64,000 nucleotides of DNA. Origin: Candidatus Spongiisociaceae bacterium (lineage in GTDB: Bacteria; Actinomycetota; Acidimicrobiia; Spongiisociales; Spongiisociaceae). This document shows positions 14,599 through 24,251 of this stretch, in pieces. The stretch is taken from assembly GCA_965219685.1 (NCBI GenBank), contig CBDCOH010000002.1:1312001-1376000 (forward strand), given 5' to 3'. The notes under the pieces were generated by a model. It had not been told where the DNA came from. It saw only the letters and a program-made list of their open reading frames with translations, and searched no databases. Position numbers and translations under genes: made by a program. Each line of letters starts with the position of its first letter. Position 1 is the stretch's first letter.

Positions 14599-15383
14599 GC
14601 GAACCTGCACTTCTCGAGATCGAAGGGATCTCCAAGTTCTACGGCAACATCATCGCCCTGCGGGACATCACCACCTCGGTAAGAGCCGGTGAGGTCACCT
14701 GCGTGCTGGGCGATAACGGCGCCGGCAAGTCGACTTTCATCAAGATTCTGGCGGGTGCCCACAAGCAGAGCGAGGGCAAGGTCTACGTCGAGGGTGAAGA
14801 GGTGGATTTCGACTCGCCCCGCGACGCTCTGGCCCGTGGTATCGCCACCGTCTACCAGGACCTGGCCGTGGTACCGCTGATGTCGGTCTGGCGCAACTTC
14901 TTCCTGGGGGCCGAGCCCACCAAGGTGGGTTTCCTCAAGGTCATAGACCGGGAGAAGGCCGCCGGCATAGCCAAGGCGGAGCTCGCCAAGATGGGCATCG
15001 ACATCCGGGACACCGAACAACCCGTCGGAACGCTGTCCGGCGGCGAGCGGCAGTCGGTCGCCATCGCCCGGGCGGCCTACTTCGGGGCCAAGGTGCTGAT
15101 ACTCGACGAGCCCACCTCCGCCCTGGGAGTTAAGCAATCCGGCGTGGTGCTGCGCTACATCGTGGAGGCGAGGAACCGGGGTCTGGGTGTGATCTTCATC
15201 ACCCACAACCCCCACCACGCCTACCCGGTCGGTGATCGGTTCATGATCCTCAACCGGGGCCGCTCGCTCGGTGACTACGCCAAGGCGGAACTCAGCCAGG
15301 CCGAGCTGACCCAGCTGATGGCGGGTGGAGCCGACCTCGCCACGCTCCAGCACGAGCTGAGCAAGGCCGTGGCGGGTGGCTAG
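14595..15383 (+). CDS. Sugar ABC transporter ATP-binding protein
   Basis: [15 protein letters not shown] and ILDEPT motifs. Confidence 0.95.
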   Translation: MSEPALLEIEGISKFYGNIIALRDITTSVRAGEVTCVLGDNGAGKSTFIKILAGAHKQSEGKVYVEGEEVDFDSPRDALARGIATVYQDLAVVPLMSVWRNFFLGAEPTKVGFLKVIDREKAAGIAKAELAKMGIDIRDTEQPVGTLSGGERQSVAIARAAYFGAKVLILDEPTSALGVKQSGVVLRYIVEARNRGLGVIFITHNPHHAYPVGDRFMILNRGRSLGDYAKAELSQAELTQLMAGGADLATLQHELSKAVAGG

Positions 15384-15389
15384 CCGGCA

Positions 15390-16400
15390 TTGACAGAGAT
15401 ACGGGCAGGATCCGGAAGCGCACGGGATGAAGAGCCCGGCGCGACCCGGAACCTGCCCGATCTCGTAACGATCGGAAGGGTCAGCGTCGACCTGTACCCG
15501 GAACAGGTCGGATCACCGATACGTTCCGTCAAGACTTTCCGGAAGTCCATCGGCGGTACGCCGACCAACGTGGCTGTGGCGGCGGCCCGGCTCGGGAACC
15601 ACGCCGCCCTCGTCACCAAGGTGGGCGACGACCAGTTCGGCGACTACGTGCGCCACGCGCTCGCATCCACCTTCGGCGTCGACATCCGTTTCGTGGGGAC
15701 CGATCCCCACCTCAACACCCCCCTGGCGTTCGCGGAGCTGTACCCGCCGGAGGATCCCAATATCTTCTTCTACAGGGAGCCACGGGCCCCCGACATGAAC
15801 CTGACTTCCGATGACCTGGACCTCCGGGTGGTGATGGAGGCGCCGATCCTGTGGATACCGGCCTCCCGGTTTTCGGGTGAACCCAGTCGCACCACCGTTC
15901 GGCGGGCACTCGAGCGTCGCGAGCGGAGACCCGAAGTCGTGATCGACCTCGACTGGCGACCCATGTTCTGGAGTTCGGAGGATGAGGCCAGCCGCCGGAT
16001 CCGACCGATGCTGGACCATGCGACCATCGCCATCGGCAATCGCGAGGAGTGCCGCATAGCGGTGGGCACGGCCGATCCCGACCGGGCTGCCGATCGGCTT
16101 CTCGCCCGGGGCCTGCGGGCGGCGATGGTGAAGATGGGTGGTGACGGGGTGCTCGTGGCCACCGTGGACGGGGACCGGGAGCTGATCCCTCCCTTCCCGG
16201 TGAGTGTCGTGTGCGGGCTGGGCGCCGGCGACGCCTTCGGAGGCGCCTTCTGTCACGGTCTCTTGCGTGGTTGGCCGATTGCGGAGTGCGCTCGCTTCGG
16301 CAACGCGGCCGGAGCGATAGTCGCCTCCCGTCTCATGTGTGCCGATGACATGCCGACCCTCGAGGAGATAGAGGGATTCCTGGCCGGCCACGCTCCGTAG
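15390..16400 (+). CDS. iolC: 5-dehydro-2-deoxygluconokinase
   Basis: IGRVSVDLYP, GGTPTNVAVAAARLG, DLDWRP and GLGAGDAFG (PfkB family). Confidence 0.9.
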   Translation: MTEIRAGSGSARDEEPGATRNLPDLVTIGRVSVDLYPEQVGSPIRSVKTFRKSIGGTPTNVAVAAARLGNHAALVTKVGDDQFGDYVRHALASTFGVDIRFVGTDPHLNTPLAFAELYPPEDPNIFFYREPRAPDMNLTSDDLDLRVVMEAPILWIPASRFSGEPSRTTVRRALERRERRPEVVIDLDWRPMFWSSEDEASRRIRPMLDHATIAIGNREECRIAVGTADPDRAADRLLARGLRAAMVKMGGDGVLVATVDGDRELIPPFPVSVVCGLGAGDAFGGAFCHGLLRGWPIAECARFGNAAGAIVASRLMCADDMPTLEEIEGFLAGHAP

Positions 16401-16464
16401 AATCAAGGCCGGCGATCCGCAGCCGGGAGTCGGGAGGACTCATGGCGCAGGTTGGAGAGACGGA

Positions 16465-17475
16465 GTGAGCGAAGTCAATATCGCGGTCATGGGAACCGGC
16501 CGGATCGGTTCGTTGCACACCGAATTGCTTCAGCAGCGTGTCGAAGGGGCCCGGGTGACCGCGGTCTACGACGTCTCTGCAGAATCAGCCGGTTCGGTCG
16601 GCGCCAGGTTCGGCGTTCCGGTTGCAGGGTCCCCGGAGTCCATCTTCGACGACCCGTCGGTGGACGCGGTGGCGATATGCACCAGCACGGACACCCATGT
16701 CCGGGTGATGATCGAGGCCGCGCGGGCCGGCAAGGCCATCTTCTGCGAGAAGCCCATCTCCCTCGACCTGGATCAGGTCGACCGCGCCCTGGCAGTTGTG
16801 GACCGGGCCGGGGTCTATCTCCAGGTGGGTTTCAACCGCCGGTTCGACCCTTCCCACGCCGCGGTACGCGACGCGGTGGCGTCCGGCCGGATCGGCGATG
16901 TTCACCTCGTCCGCATCACGTCCCGTGACCCCGAGCCCCCGCCGATCCCGTACGTAAAGGTCTCCGGCGGGATCTTCCTGGACATGACGATCCACGATTT
17001 CGACATGGCCCGCTTCGTTACCGGCAGCGACGTGACCGAGGTGTACGCGAAGGGGGATGTCCTCGTCGATCCCGACATCGGCGCCGCCGGCGATCTCGAC
17101 ACCGCGGTGATCATGCTCACCCACGAGAACCGGGCGATCACCACCATCGACAACAGCCGGAGGGCCGTCTACGGGTACGACCAGAGGGTGGAGGCGTTCG
17201 GTTCGGGCGGTATGGCGACCTCTGCCAACCCGCGCGATACCACCACGGTGATCCATGACGCCGGCGGTGGGCACGGGTCGCCCCTCCCCTACTTCTTCAC
17301 GGAGCGCTACGTACCGAGCTACCTGGCCGAGTGGCAGGCGTTCGTGGACGCCGTCCGGAGGGGTGCCCCATCTCCGGTGGACGGAACGGACGGACGGGCG
17401 CCGCTGGTGATCGGTCTGGCCGCCTGGAAGTCGATCCGGGAACAGCGGCCGGTCCTCACCTCCGAGATCGGGTGA
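16465..17475 (+). CDS. iolG: Inositol 2-dehydrogenase
   Basis: GTGRIG, CEKP, GFNRRFD, SRDP, DMTIHDFD and YGYDQRVE motifs. Confidence 0.9.
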   Translation: MSEVNIAVMGTGRIGSLHTELLQQRVEGARVTAVYDVSAESAGSVGARFGVPVAGSPESIFDDPSVDAVAICTSTDTHVRVMIEAARAGKAIFCEKPISLDLDQVDRALAVVDRAGVYLQVGFNRRFDPSHAAVRDAVASGRIGDVHLVRITSRDPEPPPIPYVKVSGGIFLDMTIHDFDMARFVTGSDVTEVYAKGDVLVDPDIGAAGDLDTAVIMLTHENRAITTIDNSRRAVYGYDQRVEAFGSGGMATSANPRDTTTVIHDAGGGHGSPLPYFFTERYVPSYLAEWQAFVDAVRRGAPSPVDGTDGRAPLVIGLAAWKSIREQRPVLTSEIG

Positions 17476-17482
17476 CGTCGCC

Positions 17483-18418
17483 TTGCGTGTCTGGCTGACC
17501 GGAGGGACCGGATTCGTGGGAAGCAACATCGTTCACGAGGCACTTTCGGGCGGCCATGAGGTTCTCACCACGTTCAACTCCTACCAGCCGACCGGACGGG
17601 AGGCCTACGGGCTCGAGGCAATCGACATGCTCGATGCCCGCGCCGTGGCGGCCAGCGTACGTTCCTTCCGTCCGGACTTGGTGATCCACTGTGCCATCGT
17701 CAACGACCTCAGCAGCCTCTACCTCGACCGGCGCGCCGCGTGGGAAGCCTACGTTGAGTCGACACGGGCGACGGCGGGGGCGGCGTCCCGTGCCGGCGCG
17801 TCCTACGTTCTCGTGTCCACGGACTGGGTGTTCGATGGAACGCAGGGGGGCGCCGACGAGTCCACGCCGCCGAATCCGATCAATCTCTACGGGGTCCTGA
17901 AGCTTGCCGCGGAGGTCGTGGCTGTCGAGCGGGGAGGAGCGGTGGCTCGAGTCTCCGGCGTGAACGGGATCCACCGCGCTCGCCCCTCGGCGCCGCGGAC
18001 CCAGGATCCCGGTTACGGGTACTTCGTCGCGTCGATCGTCGATTGTCTGTCCGTGGGCAGGCATTTCACGGTTTGGGAGTCGGATCGGATCAACATGGTC
18101 GCCACCCCGTCGCTGGCGTCCGAGAGTGCCGAGATGATCCTGGCCATCGGCGCTCTCGGCCTGACCGGAGTCTTCCACTGCTGCGGTGCTGACGGCATCG
18201 GGCGGATGGACCTGGCCCGACTGGCCTGCGAGGTCTTCGACCTCGATCTCGACCTGCTCCGCAGCGGTCCACCGGTTCCGTCAGCGATGCCGGGGGCGCC
18301 GGTTCCCTACGACACGACCATCACGAGCCCGCGCACCAGCGAACTGCTCGGACGGAGCCCGACCCCCATACGGCGGCTGCTCGAACGCTTCCGGGACGAG
18401 TACAGAGCGAGGTCGTGA
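17483..18418 (+). CDS. RmlD-like extended SDR
   Basis: TGGTGFVG, STDWVFDG and NLYGVLK (YxxxK) motifs. Confidence 0.82.
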   Translation: MRVWLTGGTGFVGSNIVHEALSGGHEVLTTFNSYQPTGREAYGLEAIDMLDARAVAASVRSFRPDLVIHCAIVNDLSSLYLDRRAAWEAYVESTRATAGAASRAGASYVLVSTDWVFDGTQGGADESTPPNPINLYGVLKLAAEVVAVERGGAVARVSGVNGIHRARPSAPRTQDPGYGYFVASIVDCLSVGRHFTVWESDRINMVATPSLASESAEMILAIGALGLTGVFHCCGADGIGRMDLARLACEVFDLDLDLLRSGPPVPSAMPGAPVPYDTTITSPRTSELLGRSPTPIRRLLERFRDEYRARS

Positions 18419-19074
18419 GAGCGGCACGCCTGTTGCTGGCCATGACACTGCTGGCGGGGGCCTGCGCCGGAGGCGCCACCCCGAGCGACCCCTTCGACTC
18501 GGTGGCACAGTTGCGCGGTCAGGTGTGCGGTCGTTCGATGGTCGGGAGTGCGGTGGTGGTCGGCGAGGGGCTGCTGGTGACAGTCGCGCACAACGTGACG
18601 GGATCGGAAGGAGGTCTGACCGCTACGTTCGAGGATGGAGTCGAGCACCCGGTAACCCTCGTGGGCATCGACGTCGATCGTGACCTGGCGCTGCTCTCGG
18701 CCCCGACTGTCGAACGACCCACCATCGCGGTCGCCCAACCGGTACTGGGCGAGAGCGGGCGGATCATCCGCCTGCGCGCACAGGTGGAAAGAGCCGAGGT
18801 CGCCTACACCGGCGCCGAACCCGTGATAGCGGTCGGTCGCAATATCTACGACGAGGAGAGCACGGCTCGCCGCTCGAACGTCCGGGTACAGGCCGCGGCA
18901 GGCGCCGGCTACTCGGGCGGCCCGATCCTCAACATGGAGGACGAGATGACCGGCCTGGTCTACGCCACAGCCCGGCTCGAGGACGTGACCTATGCCAACA
19001 CCTCCGCGGAGGTGGAGAAGTTCGTGGCGACGGTCGACTCGAGCACCGAGTCAGACCCCGGTCCCTGCTCCTGA
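18415..19074 (+). CDS. Trypsin-like serine protease lipoprotein
   Basis: Lipobox LAGAC; triad motifs TVAHNV, DRDLALL and GYSGGP. Confidence 0.78.
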   Translation: MRAARLLLAMTLLAGACAGGATPSDPFDSVAQLRGQVCGRSMVGSAVVVGEGLLVTVAHNVTGSEGGLTATFEDGVEHPVTLVGIDVDRDLALLSAPTVERPTIAVAQPVLGESGRIIRLRAQVERAEVAYTGAEPVIAVGRNIYDEESTARRSNVRVQAAAGAGYSGGPILNMEDEMTGLVYATARLEDVTYANTSAEVEKFVATVDSSTESDPGPCS

Positions 19075-19157
19075 TGGTGGATGGTGAGGAGGGGTACCGA
19101 CCGCTCCAGTGATCCAAGTGGCACTGACCACCACTCACCACTCACCACTCACCACTA
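19075..19157. repeat. Degenerate heptamer inverted repeat (TGGTGRR x2 ... CTCACCA x3)
   Basis: Starts right after the protease TGA; CTCACCA at 19134, 19141 and 19148. Same unit family as 9866-9934. Confidence 0.75.
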
Positions 19158-19168
19158 GCATCACCGGA

Positions 19169-20320
19169 GTGTTCCAGTCCCCGCCGCACCTCCCCCGGCT
19201 TATCCTGCTGGCCTTTGTCTTCACCCTGGCAACCGGGATAGGGGTCATATTCTCGCTGCTGGCCGACATTCAGGATCGGTTCGGCTTCCCGACCTGGTCC
19301 CTGGGCCTGCTGGCGGGCATACCGTTCGCCATGACCCTCTTCGGCAACCTCTGGCTGGTTCCACTAGCCGACCGGGGTTGGGAGAGGCACCTGATCACAT
19401 CGGGTTGCCTCCTGCTGGTGGCGTCGCTCGTGTGGATGATCTTCTCCACCGCCCTCTGGCAGTGGGTGGCGGCGAGAGCCTTGATGGGGCTCGCCGAGGG
19501 GGTCTCGATGGGTCCCACCCGCCGGGTGATGCTCGGCTGGGATCCGGACCGGCAGGGACGGGCTCTGAGCTCCGTGATGGTGGCGATGATCGGAGGCATC
19601 CTGTTAGGCCCGGTGATGGGTGGGCTGTTGAACGAGATCAACCACACCCTTCCGTTCCTCGTCCCCGCGGTGGCCGCGGGCGCGTTGCTCTTCCTCCTGC
19701 AGATCATCAGACCAGCCGAGTACAAGTCGGTGCGTGCCAGGCTCAACCGTCGCCACCTCTTCGCCATTCCCGGCTTCGCGTCCGCGTTGCTGCTGGCCGC
19801 GTCCAACTGGTTGTACATAGGGGTCGTCGACGCCATTTGGGCCCGCTACATGACCGACCTGGGAGCCCGCACGGTGATCGTCGGACTCGGTTTTCTCGTG
19901 ATCGCACTCCCCTCCATCGTTTTGACCCCGGTGAGCGGCCGCCTGGCCGACCGCACGAACCCGGTCCGGCTGGCTTTGACGGCTTCCGTACTGGGACTCC
20001 CCCTCCTGGCGGCCTACGGTCTGGTGTCCGCTGTTCCATCGCTCCTGGCAGTCGGCGCCCTGCACTCCGCCTGCTGGGCATTCGTCACGCTTCCCGGCCA
20101 GGCTGCCGTCGCAAAGGTGGGCCCGCCCGGCCAGGCGGCCGAGGCGCAGGGACTCGTCGAGGCATACGGGCTGACCCTGGCCGCGGTGGGTGCGTTCGCG
20201 GCTGCGCCCATCTACGAGGCGGCGGGTCCCACGGCGCTCTTCGCGATCACCGCGGGCACCCTTGCAATCACCCCGTTGGTGGTGTTCACAAGGCGACGAA
20301 AGTGGAGTTCAGCCTTCTGA
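19169..20320 (+). CDS. MFS transporter
   Basis: Many hydrophobic segments; LADRG and SGRLADRTN motif-A-like loops. Start moved to GTG 19169 because the ORF-track N-terminus translates the heptamer repeat. Confidence 0.85.
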   Translation: MFQSPPHLPRLILLAFVFTLATGIGVIFSLLADIQDRFGFPTWSLGLLAGIPFAMTLFGNLWLVPLADRGWERHLITSGCLLLVASLVWMIFSTALWQWVAARALMGLAEGVSMGPTRRVMLGWDPDRQGRALSSVMVAMIGGILLGPVMGGLLNEINHTLPFLVPAVAAGALLFLLQIIRPAEYKSVRARLNRRHLFAIPGFASALLLAASNWLYIGVVDAIWARYMTDLGARTVIVGLGFLVIALPSIVLTPVSGRLADRTNPVRLALTASVLGLPLLAAYGLVSAVPSLLAVGALHSACWAFVTLPGQAAVAKVGPPGQAAEAQGLVEAYGLTLAAVGAFAAAPIYEAAGPTALFAITAGTLAITPLVVFTRRRKWSSAF

Positions 20321-20329
20321 GCGGCCTGC

Positions 20330-21241
20330 TCAGATACCGAGGCCCATCAGGTAGTCGATGCTCGTGCGGGCGTTCTCTATCGGTCCTTCTCCCGGCGGTG
20401 GAACACCCGACAGGGAAACGTCCTGTTCGAGGACGTACCATCCCTGATAACCGCTGGACTCCAGGTACCGGACCACTGCGGCAATGTCCACGAATCCCTC
20501 GCCAAGCGGCTTGAACAGCCCGTCGATGACCGCCTGCCGGAAGAGCCTCTCGCCGGCCCTGACCTGCTCCGCCATCCGCTCATCGACATCCTTCAGATGC
20601 ACGTGCACCACCCTGCTACCCGCCATCCTGGCCACTTCCAGGGGGTCTCCTCCGCTGAGGGCCACGTGACCCGTGTCCAGGCATATGTCGACCGAACAGG
20701 TTTCCAGCAGTCTCTCGATGTGTTCCGGGCGATCCACCGCCATCGCCCAGTGTGGATGAAGCGCGGCCACCAGGCCGTACTCTCCACAGATGTCGGTGAC
20801 TCGCCGGAGTCCCTCATCGAATACAGCCCACTCCTCATCGGTCAGTTCGACCGGTGTGTCGTATCCGTCGTGGATCGACGCCGGGCCCAAGACGAAAGTT
20901 CGGGCGCCGGCCCCGGAGAGGGTCTGGGCCGCCCGCTTCGCGTACGCCAACTCGCTCGGCATTATTTCTCGCCGGTAGAGGCGAACCGGGGCGAATCCAC
21001 CTACGAGTTGCAGTCCTCGCGCCTCGAGAAGGGGATCCAGTTCGACTGGATCAACCGGGAGGTAACCCTCGGGTCCCAGCTCGGTAGCGCGCAGTCCGAC
21101 TTCTTGCATCTCGTCCAAGACACGCGCACGGCCCATGGAGACTCCCCACCCTGGTGAAGGATCCACACCCCACGTGATCGGAGCACCGGCGATCCGCTGT
21201 TGTAACGGCAGCTTGCGCAAGATACAACCCCTCGCTTCCAT
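20330..21241 (-). CDS. iolE: Inosose dehydratase-like TIM barrel
   Basis: APITWGV, TELGP, HPH, LDTGH, HVHLKD and WYVLEQD motifs; iol context. Confidence 0.8.
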   Translation of the reverse strand: MEARGCILRKLPLQQRIAGAPITWGVDPSPGWGVSMGRARVLDEMQEVGLRATELGPEGYLPVDPVELDPLLEARGLQLVGGFAPVRLYRREIMPSELAYAKRAAQTLSGAGARTFVLGPASIHDGYDTPVELTDEEWAVFDEGLRRVTDICGEYGLVAALHPHWAMAVDRPEHIERLLETCSVDICLDTGHVALSGGDPLEVARMAGSRVVHVHLKDVDERMAEQVRAGERLFRQAVIDGLFKPLGEGFVDIAAVVRYLESSGYQGWYVLEQDVSLSGVPPPGEGPIENARTSIDYLMGLGI

Positions 21242-21289
21242 GACGGGAACCGGAAAGGTCCGTTCCTATATCTCGGCCTCTAGTTTAGC

Positions 21290-21985
21290 TCAGACCACAT
21301 GCGTGATAGTGCGGCCGTTAAGTGCCTGAACCGGCCGATTGTTGGGTCCGCCGGTTGCGGTCAGCAAGGCTCTGAACTGGGCAACCGAAATCGTAGTCGT
21401 TTCTGCGATAACCATCCACTCCACCGGTTCGATACACGGAGGAGTAGTCGTGGAACCAACATAGTGATAATACTCTTCACCGCTCGGCTGTAGGAGGCTG
21501 CTGTGTAGTGGCCGGTGATCTTCCGTTAGGATCGGGCTGGTGACCGCCCCCTCTAGAAGGTTCTCTACCAACGTGCTGCTGTCACCGAACTCGAACAGCC
21601 TCGCCACGACGGCTAGTTCACCTTGCGCACTCTCGTGGACGAGATGTATCTCTGCAGCGAATCGTACACCGTCGATCAGGTGTTCTGATGGTGCATGATG
21701 GTGAGCAGTTACGAGATCATATACACGGCCGCCCATGGCCATCGAGCTTCCCATTTCATACCATACGGATATAGTCCTTCCGGTGTTGTTGACCGCTATC
21801 GCATTGCTGTCGTAGAGGAACGTGATACGCTCGCCTACAACACTCTCGAAGGCTGCGATATCAACAGGCGACTGTTGCAGACCCTCGTCACATCTCTTGA
21901 AGGATTCGGACAACGATGACCAGTGGTCAGGCCCGGAGTCTCCTTCGTACGACCATCCCAGGTCGGGAACGCTCTTGTCTGTCAC
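21290..21985 (-). CDS. Alpha-class carbonic anhydrase
   Basis: WSYEG..GPDHW, QSPVDI, HHHAPSEH, EIHLVH, YVGSTTTPPC and NNRPVQALNGR motifs. Confidence 0.92.
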   Translation of the reverse strand: MTDKSVPDLGWSYEGDSGPDHWSSLSESFKRCDEGLQQSPVDIAAFESVVGERITFLYDSNAIAVNNTGRTISVWYEMGSSMAMGGRVYDLVTAHHHAPSEHLIDGVRFAAEIHLVHESAQGELAVVARLFEFGDSSTLVENLLEGAVTSPILTEDHRPLHSSLLQPSGEEYYHYVGSTTTPPCIEPVEWMVIAETTTISVAQFRALLTATGGPNNRPVQALNGRTITHVV

Positions 21986-22309
21986 TTGATGTATCTTAAG
22001 GACCGGGAATACCAGACACCAAAAGATGCAACCACGCTGGCCCTCTTTTGGTCGAAGTAGGGTATCAAGCGTTGGTCGGCCACCGTAGTCGCGGGCAGGC
22101 CGGCAGCCTCGTCACGAGGAGAGGGTCGGGCGAGCGTCGGGCTGTGCATCCGGTATCCTCTACCGGTGATGTGATCACGGGTTTCACGGTATGCATCTCC
22201 GCTGAGGTGACCGATGTGCGACTCGAGCGATGGTCGGAGTGTTCGGCCATTTGAAGTGGAGGAACTTCGAGATGAGCAAACCGGATCATGCCCTGTCAGG
22301 AGTCCGGCC

Positions 22310-23194
22310 GTGGTAGCGGTCGACGTGGTCGTGCAGGCCGGGGCTCTTCTCGGTGAGTGCCCGTTGTGGAGTCCTGAGGAGCAGGTGCTGTACTGGGAGG
22401 ACATCGACGGTCGATCGGTACACCGGTACGACCCGGCTACGGGCGCCGATCTGACCCGCGATCTTCCAGGGCGTCCCGGCTCGATGGTTCTCACAACGGA
22501 GCCCGGTCGGCTGCTCATAGCCTCGGAGACCGGGCTGGTCTGGTTCGACTGGCCGACCGGAACCGCGACGCCCTGGGTCACGCTGGAGCCTCCCGGAACG
22601 GGGAACCGGATGAACGACGGCCGTACCGATCCTGCCGGTCGGTTCTGGGTGGGATCGATGTACGAGCGAGCGGCCGACGAGCGCTATTCAGGGAGCCTGT
22701 ACCGCATCGAGGGAGACGGCTCGTTCGCCGTAACCCGCGGGAGAGTCGGGGTTCCCAACGCCCTGGCCTTCGACACCGGGCGGAACCGGATGTACTGGGC
22801 GGACTCCCTGTCGCGGACCGTCCTCATCTACGACTACGACCTCGAGACGGGAGCAGCACGCAACGAACGGGTCTTCGTCGACTTCGGAGACCTCCCCGGA
22901 CGGCCGGACGGGGCGTGTCTCGATGTCGAAGGCTGTTACTGGGTGGCGGCTGTCCACGGCTCGGCCGTTCTCCGGTTCACTCCCGACGGGCGGCTCGATC
23001 GCCGGATCGACATGCCCGTGACCAAGCCCTCGATGACAGCCTTCGGCGGGTCGGACATGAGCACCCTGTTCGTGACCTCGATCGGCGGCGGAGGCAGCCA
23101 CCCGCTGAGAGCGGATGAGCCGCGCGCCGGTGACCTGTTCGCCATCGACCCGGGCGTGGCCGGGGTCCCCGATGTTCCGTTCGCGGGTGGGTGA
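22310..23194 (+). CDS. SMP-30/gluconolactonase family protein
   Basis: LGECPLW, RMNDG, GRFWVGSM and PDGACLD motifs; AGGAG upstream of GTG 22310. Confidence 0.9.
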   Translation: MVAVDVVVQAGALLGECPLWSPEEQVLYWEDIDGRSVHRYDPATGADLTRDLPGRPGSMVLTTEPGRLLIASETGLVWFDWPTGTATPWVTLEPPGTGNRMNDGRTDPAGRFWVGSMYERAADERYSGSLYRIEGDGSFAVTRGRVGVPNALAFDTGRNRMYWADSLSRTVLIYDYDLETGAARNERVFVDFGDLPGRPDGACLDVEGCYWVAAVHGSAVLRFTPDGRLDRRIDMPVTKPSMTAFGGSDMSTLFVTSIGGGGSHPLRADEPRAGDLFAIDPGVAGVPDVPFAGG

Positions 23195-23270
23195 CCGGCG
23201 ATGACCTCTCCTCCGAAACCATGACGTCGAGCGCCTCTAACATCCGCCAACCGGTCAGGGAGGTGTCCAG

Positions 23271-24251
23271 ATAGCGACGCGTATCTGGTTCGAGCGCAAG
23301 GTTATACCGGCGCTCGAACCCCACATTCCACCGTCGGTCGAAGTTCTGGGACCCAGCCGCGCCGATGATATCCACGCGGGGATTGCGACGGCCAGGGCCG
23401 CCATCGCCGCCCGGATCCGTTATGACGACGATCTGTTCGATCTGGCCCCTCATCTGGTGGCGGTTTCCCGTACGGGGATCGGCTGCGACGCCATCGACAT
23501 CGAGGCCGCCAGCCGCCGTGGTGTGGCGGTCTGCAACGCCCCGGACGGACCCACCGTCTCCACCGCCGAACATGCCGTTGCGCTGATGCTGGCCACAGCC
23601 AAGCGGGTCATCCAGTCGGCGAACCGGCTTCGCCGTGCCCGCGGCGACTACTACGCCTCCCACCGGGCGATCGAACTGTCCGCCAAGACGCTGGGGCTGG
23701 TCGGGTTCGGCAGGATCGCCCGGCGTGTCGCCGGCATCGGCGGCGGCATCGGCATGGACATCCTGGCCTACGACCCCTACCTGTCCGACAACGACTTCCC
23801 CCCGCCGGTGACCCGGGTGGCGTCGCTCCCCGAGTTGCTCGCCCGCAGCGACGTCGTGTCGGTCCACGTCCCCCTGACGCCTGGCAACGCCCGCATGTTC
23901 GACGCCGATGCGTTCGCGGCGATGAAACCGGGCGCGGTGTTCGTGAACGCGGCTCGGGGCGGCCTGGTGGACCAGGAGGCGCTCCTCAGCTCCCTGGACT
24001 CCGGCCATCTGTTCGGCGCCGGGCTGGACGTGACCTATCCGGAACCCCTCGACCCCGCCCATCCGCTTCTCCACCGGCCGGACGTGGTCGTCACCCCTCA
24101 CATAGCGGCCGCGACAGGCGAGGCTCGCATCCGCATGTTCAGGGTCGCCATCGAGCAGGCGCTCATGGTCATCGACGGCCGCCGACCCCCGCATCTCGTG
24201 AACCCCGACTCCTGGGACCGCGTGCTCGCACGGCTGGACCGTCGGGGATGA
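23271..24251 (+). CDS. D-isomer-specific 2-hydroxyacid dehydrogenase with probable ATA start
   Basis: GFGRIA, NAARGGLVD, GAGLDV and TPHIA motifs. Frame is open from 23241; GGAGGT lies 6 nt before ATA at 23271. Confidence 0.85.
   Translation: MATRIWFERKVIPALEPHIPPSVEVLGPSRADDIHAGIATARAAIAARIRYDDDLFDLAPHLVAVSRTGIGCDAIDIEAASRRGVAVCNAPDGPTVSTAEHAVALMLATAKRVIQSANRLRRARGDYYASHRAIELSAKTLGLVGFGRIARRVAGIGGGIGMDILAYDPYLSDNDFPPPVTRVASLPELLARSDVVSVHVPLTPGNARMFDADAFAAMKPGAVFVNAARGGLVDQEALLSSLDSGHLFGAGLDVTYPEPLDPAHPLLHRPDVVVTPHIAAATGEARIRMFRVAIEQALMVIDGRRPPHLVNPDSWDRVLARLDRRG

Noticed and set aside
22272-22316. Short ORF MSKPDHALSGVRPW with an SD, overlapping the lactonase start
   Set aside because: Too short to support as a leader peptide; no attenuator structure or informative residues.
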